64,000 nucleotides of DNA from NCBI GenBank assembly GCA_045124505.1, contig JBGVLZ010000039.1, positions 23,110 to 87,109 on the forward strand, given 5' to 3'. Below, one piece after another: positions 1 to 8,222 of this stretch. Origin of the DNA: Eubacteriales bacterium (GTDB lineage: Bacteria > Bacillota > Clostridia > Oscillospirales > CAG-272). The position numbers and the translations under genes are program-made. The notes beneath the pieces were generated by a model. The model had not been told where the DNA came from, made no database searches, and saw nothing but the letters and a program-made list of their open reading frames with translations. The first letter of the stretch is position 1, and each line of letters starts with the position of its first letter.

Positions 1-88
1 CAAGTCATCTGTAAAATTATCTGTAAACTTATGTGTAAAGTCAGAATTTTAAAAAATTGTAAAAAGCAAAAAAAATTTGAAAAACATC

Positions 89-117
89 TTGCAAAAATCA
101 TTAATATGTGATATTAT
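89..117 (+). promoter_or_regulatory. sigma-70-type promoter for tRNA-Leu
   Basis: TTGCAA (89-94), 17-nt spacer, TGa-TATTAT extended -10 (109-117), about 11 nt upstream of the tRNA 5' end. Confidence 0.6.
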
Positions 118-128
118 AACAGAGGTGC

Positions 129-215
129 GCCGGTGTGATGGAATTGGCAGACGTGCTGGACTCAAAATCCAGTGGTAGCGATACCGTGCGGGTTCGACCC
201 CCGCCACCGGCACCA
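129..215 (+). tRNA. tRNA-Leu (anticodon CAA), long variable arm, CCA encoded
   Basis: Acceptor stem GCCGGTG/CACCGGC, anticodon arm CTGGA-CTCAAAA-TCCAG, long variable arm, T-arm GCGGG-TTCGACC-CCCGC, CCA at 213-215. Confidence 0.9.
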
Positions 216-216
216 G

Positions 217-259
217 AAAAGAAACACCTTTTGTCTGTAGACAAAAGGTGTTTCTTTTC
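217..259 (+). terminator. intrinsic terminator after tRNA-Leu
   Basis: 15-bp stem GAAACACCTTTTGTC / GACAAAAGGTGTTTC followed by a T-rich tract. Confidence 0.8.
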
Positions 260-263
260 AACT

Positions 264-427
264 AAGTGTGCCTTAAGTCACGATAAGCACACCTTCGGTG
301 CGTGAAGCGATGCTTCGCATCGTGAAGTGCCTGTGGGTGTGGGTGGCACACTTAACTTCACATTGTGCAAAGCACAATGCTTCACAGCGGCATCGCCGCT
401 GCTTCACTTGGCAAAGCCAAACTTCAC
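264..427. repeat. array of the 6-mer CTTCAC (and its complement GTGAAG) alternating with short variable hairpins
   Basis: GTGAAG at 302-307 and 322-327. CTTCAC at 356-361, 380-385, 402-407 and 422-427. Hairpins between them: CGATGC-TTC-GCATCG, ATTGTGC-AAA-GCACAAT, AGCGG-CATCG-CCGCT, TTGGC-AAA-GCCAA. Long-range pair AAGTGTGCC (264-272) / GGCACACTT (345-353). Confidence 0.75.
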
Positions 428-484
428 TAACCATTGAAAAGCACAACAAATTTTAATATAATACTAATGAAATAAGGTGCATTT

Positions 485-1066
485 ATGTTCATAAAAGCAA
501 TTACTCTTTTTCTGATGCTTATCTTCTACATTAGCTATTTTGCTAAAATGATAAGTCAAAGAAGAAAAGGTATCAGCACAGATCAGCTTGGAAAAGGCAA
601 AACGGGTTTTATAAAGTTCGTGGAGCTATCACTCAAAACCGCAACATATATACTTCCCTTCGTGCAAATTGCAAGTATTTTTCTGTATTCCAAAACGGAA
701 CACTTTATTTTACAAATCATCGGCATTATTATAACCGCAATCGGCGTTATCATTTTTATTCTCTCCGTATTACAAATGAAAGATAATTGGCGTGCAGGCG
801 TACAAAGTGAAGAAAAGACAAGCCTTGTGACCTCGGGTATCTACTCCATAAGCCGAAACCCCGCATTTTTAGGGTTTGACCTTATGTATATCGGAATTTT
901 ATTTTCATTTTTCAACCCGTATCTTTGTGTTGCCACAGGTATCGCGGTGACACTTTTTCACCTGCAAATAGTAAATGTCGAGGAGGATTTTCTAAAAGAC
1001 ACATTCGGCGAAGAATATTTGAGATACACACGCAAGGTTTGCAGATACATAGGAAGAAAATTTTGA
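485..1066 (+). CDS. ICMT/PEMT-like membrane methyltransferase family protein
   Basis: Multi-TM 193-aa ORF. The C-terminal SRNPAFLGFDL...VEEDFLKDTFGEEYLRY resembles isoprenylcysteine carboxyl methyltransferase family motifs. Confidence 0.7.
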   Translation: MFIKAITLFLMLIFYISYFAKMISQRRKGISTDQLGKGKTGFIKFVELSLKTATYILPFVQIASIFLYSKTEHFILQIIGIIITAIGVIIFILSVLQMKDNWRAGVQSEEKTSLVTSGIYSISRNPAFLGFDLMYIGILFSFFNPYLCVATGIAVTLFHLQIVNVEEDFLKDTFGEEYLRYTRKVCRYIGRKF

Positions 1067-1077
1067 ATTTATATAAA

Positions 1078-1106
1078 CAAAAACTCCTCGAACGAGGAGT
1101 TTTTGT
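1078..1106. terminator. bidirectional terminator between convergent genes
   Basis: AAAACTCCTCG-AA-CGAGGAGTTTT hairpin flanked by A and T runs. Confidence 0.75.
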
Positions 1107-1107
1107 T

Positions 1108-1761
1108 TTATTCTTTCCATATGAAATTAAAATTTATTGATTCCCCGCCGTCAACAAGGATATTTTGCCCTGTACAGAATTTGTTTGTTACGGTGAGAAA
1201 ATATGCCCATTCGGCAATTTCTTCTGTACTTGCCCACCTTTTAAGCGGTGTTTCGTTCATTATCTGCGCCCACAGGTCGGGATCGTTCATAACACATTCG
1301 TTAAGCGGTGTTACCACTCCGCCGGGGTCAAGGCTGTTACATACAGCGCCGTACTTTGCCACACGCAAGGCAACATTTTTTGTATAAGACAGTATTCCGC
1401 CCTTGCTTGCGCAGTATTCAGGAAATTCAGAGCCTGTATGTGCACTTGCTGAGCCTATATTCAAAATTGAACGTATCCCCTCATGTACACCGTATTTTTC
1501 GGTAATATATATCAGAGCTTTGAGATTTATGTCAATATCGTCCTCATTCTGTGTTCCTGCATTGTTTATAAGAATATCTACATTTTTAATTATGGGAAGA
1601 TTTTCATAATCACGTATGTCACAAACGTAGTGTCTGTAGTGCTTATGCTCAATGCTTTTTTCCAGGCGGTCGATCCCTATGACCTCATGACCTTTATTCA
1701 AAAAATATTCAGCTATCGCATATCCGATTCCCTGCGATGTGCCCGTTATTAAAACCCTCAT
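1108..1761 (-). CDS. short-chain dehydrogenase/reductase (SDR) family oxidoreductase
   Basis: N-terminal TGTSQGIG (TGxxxGxG), NNAG motif, catalytic YCASK (YxxxK). Confidence 0.85.
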   Translation of the reverse strand: MRVLITGTSQGIGYAIAEYFLNKGHEVIGIDRLEKSIEHKHYRHYVCDIRDYENLPIIKNVDILINNAGTQNEDDIDINLKALIYITEKYGVHEGIRSILNIGSASAHTGSEFPEYCASKGGILSYTKNVALRVAKYGAVCNSLDPGGVVTPLNECVMNDPDLWAQIMNETPLKRWASTEEIAEWAYFLTVTNKFCTGQNILVDGGESINFNFIWKE

Positions 1762-2525
1762 TTTTTCTCTCCTTTAATAAAATCAAGATATTCACGTCCA
1801 ACGCCGTGCTCACGCCATTTTGTGACTATTTTATAACCAAACGGAGAAAAAACGATCTCCATTAAAAGCTCGGCAACAGCCCCCGTCAATGCACACATAG
1901 CACACTGCAGCGGTGTCCAGCAAAATCCATTCCAGAATTTCGGAGCAAAAAATACAAAAACAATAAGTGAAAATATAAAATTATCTAAAAACTGACCGAT
2001 AAATGTTGAAACGTATGCGCTGACTGCATACGCTGTCTTTCCGTCGGGATTTTTGCAAAACGCTTTTCCGACAGTGTGGTTTAATAGGTTGTTTATAACA
2101 GCTGATACAAGAAACGCAATGGTACTGCCCAAAAGAATAAACCAAGTTCCGCCAAGTATAGTATCAAGTGCTGTATAATCGTTTGCATTCGAAGGTATAA
2201 TGCTTGCAATGTAAAAGACAAGACATGTCAAAAGATTAATGACGCACGCAAGAACAGCAATTTTATTTGATGCCTTCGGTCCGAAATATCTTGTGATGAT
2301 ATCCATACACATAAACGAAAGCCACGATATCAAAATTCCGCCGTCAAGCGCAATATAATCATTTTGAAAAAGAGTTTTATTCGCAAGCAGATTCATGCAT
2401 ATAACACTGACAACAAACAATGAAACGACCATAGAAGGAATGGAACGTAATAATATTTGCGTTTCTTTTTTTTCACGTGCAAGCACATCGCTAAGTGTAT
2501 GTGTTTGCTTTTTTTCTTTATCCAT
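1758..2525 (-). CDS. VUT/YhhQ-family queuosine-precursor transporter
   Basis: 255-aa multi-TM protein resembling the YhhQ (DUF165) family. A preQ1-I-like riboswitch lies in its leader. Confidence 0.7.
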   Translation of the reverse strand: MDKEKKQTHTLSDVLAREKKETQILLRSIPSMVVSLFVVSVICMNLLANKTLFQNDYIALDGGILISWLSFMCMDIITRYFGPKASNKIAVLACVINLLTCLVFYIASIIPSNANDYTALDTILGGTWFILLGSTIAFLVSAVINNLLNHTVGKAFCKNPDGKTAYAVSAYVSTFIGQFLDNFIFSLIVFVFFAPKFWNGFCWTPLQCAMCALTGAVAELLMEIVFSPFGYKIVTKWREHGVGREYLDFIKGEKK

Positions 2526-2546
2526 AATATTCTCCGATATTTTCCC

Positions 2547-2578
2547 AAAACAAAAAGCCTTGCAAAACGCAAAGCCGC
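2547..2578 (-). terminator. riboswitch expression-platform terminator
   Basis: Minus strand reads GCTTTGC-GTTTT-GCAAGGC (one G-U pair) followed by TTTTTGTTTTGGG. Confidence 0.55.
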
Positions 2579-2600
2579 ATCATATAAATATGAAAGCAGT

Positions 2601-2643
2601 CCTGGTTTTGTTTAACGACAGGATGGTACAAACGAACTGTCGG
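2601..2643 (-). promoter_or_regulatory. preQ1-I riboswitch aptamer (candidate)
   Basis: Minus strand reads CCGACAG-TTCGTTTGTACCATC-CTGTCG-TTAAACAAAACCAGG, that is a P1 hairpin plus an A-rich tail. It resembles the Thermoanaerobacter preQ1-I tail UUAACAAAACAAGG and sits 75 nt upstream of the YhhQ-like ATG. Confidence 0.55.
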
Positions 2644-2709
2644 TGATTTAATTATACACATAAAATCTAAAATTGCAAGAGGTTATGAAGAAATGTTACA
2701 AATAAAAAT

Positions 2710-2736
2710 CAAGACTGACTCATTGAGTCAGTCTTG
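2710..2736 (-). terminator. terminator of the seven-gene transport operon
   Basis: CAAGACTGACTCA-T-TGAGTCAGTCTTG perfect hairpin. On the minus strand it is followed by a T-rich tract (GATTTTTATTT). Confidence 0.8.
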
Positions 2737-2762
2737 AAATTATCAGTTTGAGTACACCGTTA

Positions 2763-3815
2763 TTAGCCTGTGATACCGGAACGCTCAATACCCTGAATAA
2801 GGTATCTCTGGCAGAACAAGAACAGGATAACAAGCGGGAGGATTATCATAAGTCCGCAAGTATTTCTTATCGCAGCATTATAAAGGTTTGATGCAGCGAA
2901 TGTAATATCAAGCGACTTAGGAATTGCGACAATACTCTTCATCATATAAATATCCGTCTTTGTGAAGAACAAGCCTGTGTAGAAGCTGTCTGTCCACTGC
3001 CATGAGAACGCAAAGAGGAATATTGTGATCATCATAGGCACGGAAAGCGGAATAATAATCTGGAAGAATGTACGCATAACACCTGAACCGTCAACGTATG
3101 CGGATTCCTCAAGCTCATCAGGAACGCCCTTGTAGAACTGTCTCATCATAAAGATGTAAAGACCGTTCTTAAATGCAAAACCTGTGAGTGAAAGGAGTAT
3201 AAGCGGTGTGAACTGGTTTGTAAGATTGAAATATGTTACGCCGCCTGTAATATTCAAGCCCTTGAAGACACCGCCGCCGAGCAAATTCATGATGCCGAGA
3301 ACGTCAAAGTATCTGAACTTCATAAACATAGCGAGCTGGAGCGTCTGGTGAGGAACGACCATCGAGAATATAACGAGCGCAAACAACAGACCGTTGCCCT
3401 TAAATTTAAACTTAGCAAAACCGTAACCGATTATAGAGCATATAAACGTCTGGAATACTGCACATGACAACGAAAGGAGCGTTGTATTGAGCAGTGCTTT
3501 AAGATAATGGTTCTCAAGAACTATGTACTTATACTGGTCAAACGTAGGATATTTAGGTATCAATTTAACCGTTGCATCGACAAAGTCATCGGGTGACATA
3601 AACGAAGAAGCGATCTTTGCAAAGAAGGGGAAAAGTATAACATAAGATATACCGATAAGCAAAACGTATCGGAACAATGCCCAAACAACCTTTTTGAGGA
3701 AGTAAAGTGAAAGGTACTTTGCCTTCATTCTCTGCCAGAACGGGGTTCTGTCGAAATCAACCTTTACAGTGTCTTTTGCTTTTCTTTTTGTTTTTACACT
3801 TGCATCAGCATTCAT
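2763..3815 (-). CDS. carbohydrate ABC transporter permease (MalG-like), second pair
   Basis: Multi-TM with EAA loop ESAYVDGSGVMRTFFQIIIPLSVP. Confidence 0.85.
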   Translation of the reverse strand: MNADASVKTKRKAKDTVKVDFDRTPFWQRMKAKYLSLYFLKKVVWALFRYVLLIGISYVILFPFFAKIASSFMSPDDFVDATVKLIPKYPTFDQYKYIVLENHYLKALLNTTLLSLSCAVFQTFICSIIGYGFAKFKFKGNGLLFALVIFSMVVPHQTLQLAMFMKFRYFDVLGIMNLLGGGVFKGLNITGGVTYFNLTNQFTPLILLSLTGFAFKNGLYIFMMRQFYKGVPDELEESAYVDGSGVMRTFFQIIIPLSVPMMITIFLFAFSWQWTDSFYTGLFFTKTDIYMMKSIVAIPKSLDITFAASNLYNAAIRNTCGLMIILPLVILFLFCQRYLIQGIERSGITG

Positions 3816-3829
3816 TTACATACACCCCC

Positions 3830-4804
3830 TTAATCTCTTCTCTGGTAGAATACGTACATTGACAGGATACCGACCACAGCGGCGATTATCGCAATTACTA
3901 TCAAGAAGTACATCCAAGCCATCGCTGACGAAAGAACGTCACCGTCTGTCTTGCTGTATACCTGATCGATATAAGCCATAACCGTGTTTGTGGAAGATGT
4001 GAATGCGTCAATGATCGTATAAACTGCATTTGTCAGAATCATCGGGCTTATCATCGGGAAGGTGATCTTCCAGAATGTTTCCCAAGCAGATGCACCTTCG
4101 ATTTCACAAGACTCATAAATAGCGGGTGAAATTGACTGCAAACCTGCAAGGAATATAAGCATCTGAACACCGGAACGATTGACAATGTTATAAATGTTGT
4201 TGATAGCACCGATAACATATTCAACAAGCTCCGTACCGACTTTCATACTTGAGAACAAGTACTTAAAGTCCATTGCGGAAACGATTTCCGAAACACCCGT
4301 GCTCTGTGCACCTGTGCTGATACCTTCATCGGTATTCTGCATGTAGGAAAGCAATTCGTTACCTGTGTCGATCTTTGCAACCAAACCTGTTGACAAGACA
4401 ACGGGGACGAAGAAAATTGCACGGAAAGCTGCACGGCCGACCATCTTCTGGTTAAGAAGAACAGCCATAAACAGCGAGAATATTACTATACAGGGAATGT
4501 CAAGGAACAACTGCTTGACACCTGTTGTAAGCACCTGAACGTATGTTGTATCAACGAACAGTGCGTTACGGTAGTTTTCAAGACCGACAAACATCAACTG
4601 ATATCCGTCAGCGCCGTGTTTGATATTTGTAAAGCTATACAGAATGGAGTCATAAATGATCGGCAAGTACATTGCCACAAGACCGATTATAAACGGAAGT
4701 ACGAATATATAACCTGCTCTTGCCTTTTTCTTATCAAGCGAAGCAATACGGCGTTTTTTCTTGGGAGCCGCAGTTGCAAGCTTTTCATTTGCAGTATTAT
4801 TCAT
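3830..4804 (-). CDS. sugar ABC transporter permease (MalF-like), second pair
   Basis: Multi-TM with EAA loop ESCEIEGASAWETFWKITFPMISP. Its start overlaps the stop of the upstream gene. Confidence 0.85.
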   Translation of the reverse strand: MNNTANEKLATAAPKKKRRIASLDKKKARAGYIFVLPFIIGLVAMYLPIIYDSILYSFTNIKHGADGYQLMFVGLENYRNALFVDTTYVQVLTTGVKQLFLDIPCIVIFSLFMAVLLNQKMVGRAAFRAIFFVPVVLSTGLVAKIDTGNELLSYMQNTDEGISTGAQSTGVSEIVSAMDFKYLFSSMKVGTELVEYVIGAINNIYNIVNRSGVQMLIFLAGLQSISPAIYESCEIEGASAWETFWKITFPMISPMILTNAVYTIIDAFTSSTNTVMAYIDQVYSKTDGDVLSSAMAWMYFLIVIAIIAAVVGILSMYVFYQRRD

Positions 4805-7800
4805 CAGCCTTCTCCTCCTTCTGTGTATGTGTGGAAGCCGAGAGCTTCGATTTCAACACCGTCAACGGAAACTTTGAAGTTGTTGTAGTTAAGTATAAAT
4901 ACCTTACCGCCTTCATAAGTTACCTTTACGATCTTACCGTTGTCGATAAGATTTTCCGCTGCGATCTGCTCTTCGATGGAAAGCTCTTCATCGTCTTCAT
5001 CATCTTCTTCAGCGTCTTCTTCGGGAACATCCTCAACGGGAGCATCTGTTTCAGTTGAATCGCTGTCTACGGGTGCATCGGAATCAACAGGAGCTTCGGA
5101 ATCAGCAGGAACTTCGGAATCGGCAGGAATTTCCGTTTCGGGAATTTCTGTTTCTTCCTTCTTGGATTCTTCTTCTGCACGAAGCTTATCTGCAACTGCC
5201 TGCTGATATTCTTCTTCAGTAAGAACACGTACACCTGTGATAAACTCGTGATCGATAATGAGCTTATCCTGAACATCCTTTATAGCGCCGTTAAGCTTAT
5301 GATAGCTTTCAGCAAGACCTTCAAGCCATGTATCGAAGTTTACAGAATAGTACTTCTGAAGTGTTACGTCTTCCTTCAGTTTGTTCGTGTTCTGATAGCA
5401 AAGCACGAAATACATTGAAGAACCGTTTTCAATCGACTTCAAAAGCTCGTAGTCAAGGTCGCCTGCCATATTGAGAGCAGAACCTGTAAAGTTTACATAT
5501 CCATGAAGAACCATACCCATGAAAGGTATTGCATTACTTGACTTCAGATATTGGCTGGAATCAAGCGGTATATCAAGAATGTAATCTGTATACGGAAGAA
5601 CAAAGGAGTTACCGCCGCTTACCATTACTTTACCGAAATCATTCTGCATCTTTGCAAGCACATCTCTTACAAATTCCTTGCTGTCTTCTCTGTTGTAAGG
5701 ATCGTCCTCGTTAAAGTCTGAGTTAAGATTCGAACCAAGAGTTGAAACAGAAATGCCTGTGGGCTTTGTTTCAAGAAGATCCTTTGACATCTTGTCATAG
5801 AAATATTCAAAAACAGAAGGAGAAATGGGGTTGAAGCCCGTCTTGTAGAATTCCTGGTATGCAGGGTTATATTCACGCTGTGACGGATATCTGCCGTCCA
5901 TTGTCTGAACTGCGTGCTTCTTGTAGTTGAAGCCGTCAAAGAGCGAAACGCTCTGCAAATACGAGAACTCGAATTCAGGATATACACCGATATCCTTTTC
6001 TTCAGCGAATGTCATAAGATCCTTGAATCCGTCTGCACCGCCTACTTTCTTTTCCCACTTAACTTTGTTGGGAACTGTAGATGTAACACCGCCGTTTGCA
6101 TAGCCTGTGAGCTTGAAATTGATATTTGTGATATCCTTTTCAGCCAACATTCCGTACATTGTTTTAACATCATCAAATGTTGTAAGCGGTACTTTTACTT
6201 CTACGGGAATACTCAAAATCTTGTCAGTAGACTTGATAACACCCATTGTTTCGATACAAAGGGGAATATCATCTTTTATGTCTTCAGCTGTGAGTCTTGT
6301 AATAATTCCTTCGCTTTCAAGGTAATCTCTGCAGACATTTACCATACCCATATAAGATGCGGGATAATACTTATAATTATCAACCTTAACATCGGGAATA
6401 AAGAGTGATGATGTGTCAACATTTCCTTCAGCATCGGGAACGAGATTTGAAATGAGGTTCTCTCTGTAACCTTCGGGATCTGCAAGGTAAGCGTTATAAT
6501 CAGCTGCCTTCGCTTCATCTGTAAGCATTGTGTATCTGATTATGTAGCTGCCTGTGTATCTACGCTTGGATGTAACTGTCCACATCGCATTTGCGCCGAC
6601 ACTTGTTGCATCAGCAAGGTTATACGAGTCTGTAGGACGGGGATAGAACGATGTTGCAACAGAGCTGTAATCGTGGAGAACACCGCCGTGGTTTGTAGAA
6701 ATCTCAGCAAGTGCGTCACCTTCAAGAAGGATCGCAAAATATCCTCTGTCTTCCTCGTATGTGGAAGTTTCTGTAACAGACTTTGTGCTGATGAGGTTTC
6801 CGTATGCGTCGATATATTCCATATCTTCGGGATATTCGCCGTCTTTCATTGTGTGAGCGACTTTTCCGTCCTTATCATAGAATACACCGTTTTCGGGGTA
6901 TACGTTAAACCAGCCTTTGTCAGCATTTTCGGAAATATATCTTGTTATTTCCATGCCGTCAGCATAGTAGTACTTGCTGAGCGGAACATTTACTCTGTAT
7001 GTGTTAGATTCGACATAATTTTCAACTACACCGAATACGGGCAAACGCATGGGCTGACGGTGCTGAGGATCATCGGTATGGTATGCAAAGTCCGAACCGT
7101 ACATCTTCGCACTGAGTGAAAGCTGTGTATTAACGTCTTCAAATCTTGTAAGTGTACCGCTTCCGTCAGGAATAAACGTATAACCTTCGTTATCCTTACT
7201 GTTACCTGCACCGAAATAAGGCAGGATAGTAAGCTTCTTCAGCTTATAGTTTGCTTCGTTGAAGCGGATACCGTTTGCCGCAAGTCTTGCGGTAAGTCCC
7301 TGTTCGTCAAGCGTATATTCGATAGAAAGACGGAACAAGGGGGGAGCTGTGTCTGTAACACTGTACTCAACGAGATCGTGGTCTTCGTCAAGCTTTTCGT
7401 ATGTGTATTCAGGGCAGTATTTTTTGATCTGCTCTTCGATCCAGTTGAACTCTCTGTCCTTTGTATCGTTGGAAAGTACGTAGATAGCATACTTCTTTGT
7501 GATAGGCCACTGGTTATACATCGCATTAAGTGTTGTCTGTGTAACACCTGCCGCTGTGGGGTCTTTAAGCAAGTAGTAAGCTGTGAACTTATTCAAAAGC
7601 CAGTTGGAAACACCTGCTTCTTTAAGCTTTGCGATAATGTTTGTCTCAAAGCTTTCCTTTGTGATCTGACGCGGAACAAGCTTTCTTGTTTCTGTACGTC
7701 CGATCGCATACTCAACTCTCAAACCGTTCTGAATATTCTTAACGATTATCTGATCGCGGAGAGCCGCTTCCTTGTAGCTGTAATATGTCTGGTTTTTCGA

Positions 7801-8205
7801 ACCGTTTGTAAATTCAACGATTACCTGTGACAGAAGCATTTCCTTTGTATCCGCAGAACCTGTGGTTGAACCGAGGTCATAGGGATTTGAGAAAAGTATC
7901 TGACCTGATCTTCTGTCGCGAACAGCAACTTCGCCTGTTCTTGCGAAAGAATAAAGCTCATAGTTGTTGTTCTGAACACGGAGAGTCATTGATTTGAGTT
8001 TAGCTTCCGGCGATGCATACTCAACTCTTGTATAGTCGATATTACCGGACTCTTCTTCCTGCTCCTCATCTTCCGTGCCTTCGTTTTCGGTCGCACCCGT
8101 CTGTGTATCTTCCTCTTCATCAGCGTAAACTGCGAAAGAAGCTGTAAGTGTACCTACTACCATCATTATAGCAAGGAGCATAGATAAAAGTTTTTTCAAA
8201 GCCAT
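4804..8205 (-). CDS. 1133-aa secreted protein of unknown function, possibly with a glycoside-hydrolase-like core (DUF5696-like by recollection only)
   Basis: Signal peptide MALKKLLSMLLAIMMVVGTLTASFAVYA with no lipobox Cys. Poly-acidic tracts follow the signal peptide and lie near the C-terminus. The long central region has no motif I can assign to a family. Confidence 0.5.
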   Translation of the reverse strand: MALKKLLSMLLAIMMVVGTLTASFAVYADEEEDTQTGATENEGTEDEEQEEESGNIDYTRVEYASPEAKLKSMTLRVQNNNYELYSFARTGEVAVRDRRSGQILFSNPYDLGSTTGSADTKEMLLSQVIVEFTNGSKNQTYYSYKEAALRDQIIVKNIQNGLRVEYAIGRTETRKLVPRQITKESFETNIIAKLKEAGVSNWLLNKFTAYYLLKDPTAAGVTQTTLNAMYNQWPITKKYAIYVLSNDTKDREFNWIEEQIKKYCPEYTYEKLDEDHDLVEYSVTDTAPPLFRLSIEYTLDEQGLTARLAANGIRFNEANYKLKKLTILPYFGAGNSKDNEGYTFIPDGSGTLTRFEDVNTQLSLSAKMYGSDFAYHTDDPQHRQPMRLPVFGVVENYVESNTYRVNVPLSKYYYADGMEITRYISENADKGWFNVYPENGVFYDKDGKVAHTMKDGEYPEDMEYIDAYGNLISTKSVTETSTYEEDRGYFAILLEGDALAEISTNHGGVLHDYSSVATSFYPRPTDSYNLADATSVGANAMWTVTSKRRYTGSYIIRYTMLTDEAKAADYNAYLADPEGYRENLISNLVPDAEGNVDTSSLFIPDVKVDNYKYYPASYMGMVNVCRDYLESEGIITRLTAEDIKDDIPLCIETMGVIKSTDKILSIPVEVKVPLTTFDDVKTMYGMLAEKDITNINFKLTGYANGGVTSTVPNKVKWEKKVGGADGFKDLMTFAEEKDIGVYPEFEFSYLQSVSLFDGFNYKKHAVQTMDGRYPSQREYNPAYQEFYKTGFNPISPSVFEYFYDKMSKDLLETKPTGISVSTLGSNLNSDFNEDDPYNREDSKEFVRDVLAKMQNDFGKVMVSGGNSFVLPYTDYILDIPLDSSQYLKSSNAIPFMGMVLHGYVNFTGSALNMAGDLDYELLKSIENGSSMYFVLCYQNTNKLKEDVTLQKYYSVNFDTWLEGLAESYHKLNGAIKDVQDKLIIDHEFITGVRVLTEEEYQQAVADKLRAEEESKKEETEIPETEIPADSEVPADSEAPVDSDAPVDSDSTETDAPVEDVPEEDAEEDDEDDEELSIEEQIAAENLIDNGKIVKVTYEGGKVFILNYNNFKVSVDGVEIEALGFHTYTEGGEG
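5064..5158 (-). repeat. imperfect tandem repeats encoding an acidic linker
   Basis: Encodes ETEIPETEIPADSEVPADSEAPVDSDAPVDSDS. The nucleotide units resemble GGAATC(A/G)GCAGGAACTTC. Confidence 0.7.
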
Positions 8206-8222
8206 TATAATTTACCTCCTTA

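Noticed and set aside
7-39. Three 12-nt-phased repeats (ATCTGTAAA, ATCTGTAAA, ATGTGTAAA) upstream of the tRNA promoter
   Set aside because: The repeats are real in the sequence but lie at the window edge with the upstream context missing. I cannot tell a binding-site array from the tail of a neighbouring feature.
264-427. The possibility that the 6-7-mer/hairpin arrays (here and at 60697-60932) are CRISPR arrays
   Set aside because: The repeat unit is only 6-7 nt and the period about 20 nt. The motif orientation flips within the array, the apparent spacers are self-complementary, and no cas genes are present.
4940-7830. Numerous plus-strand ORFs inside the 1133-aa gene. The same applies to 14647..15315, 16950..17606, 38261..39004, 47035..47655, 48234..48728 and 58128..58778 inside other genes
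   Set aside because: These are antisense shadow ORFs within long, well-supported genes. They have low-complexity or Ser/Cys-rich translations and no SDs.
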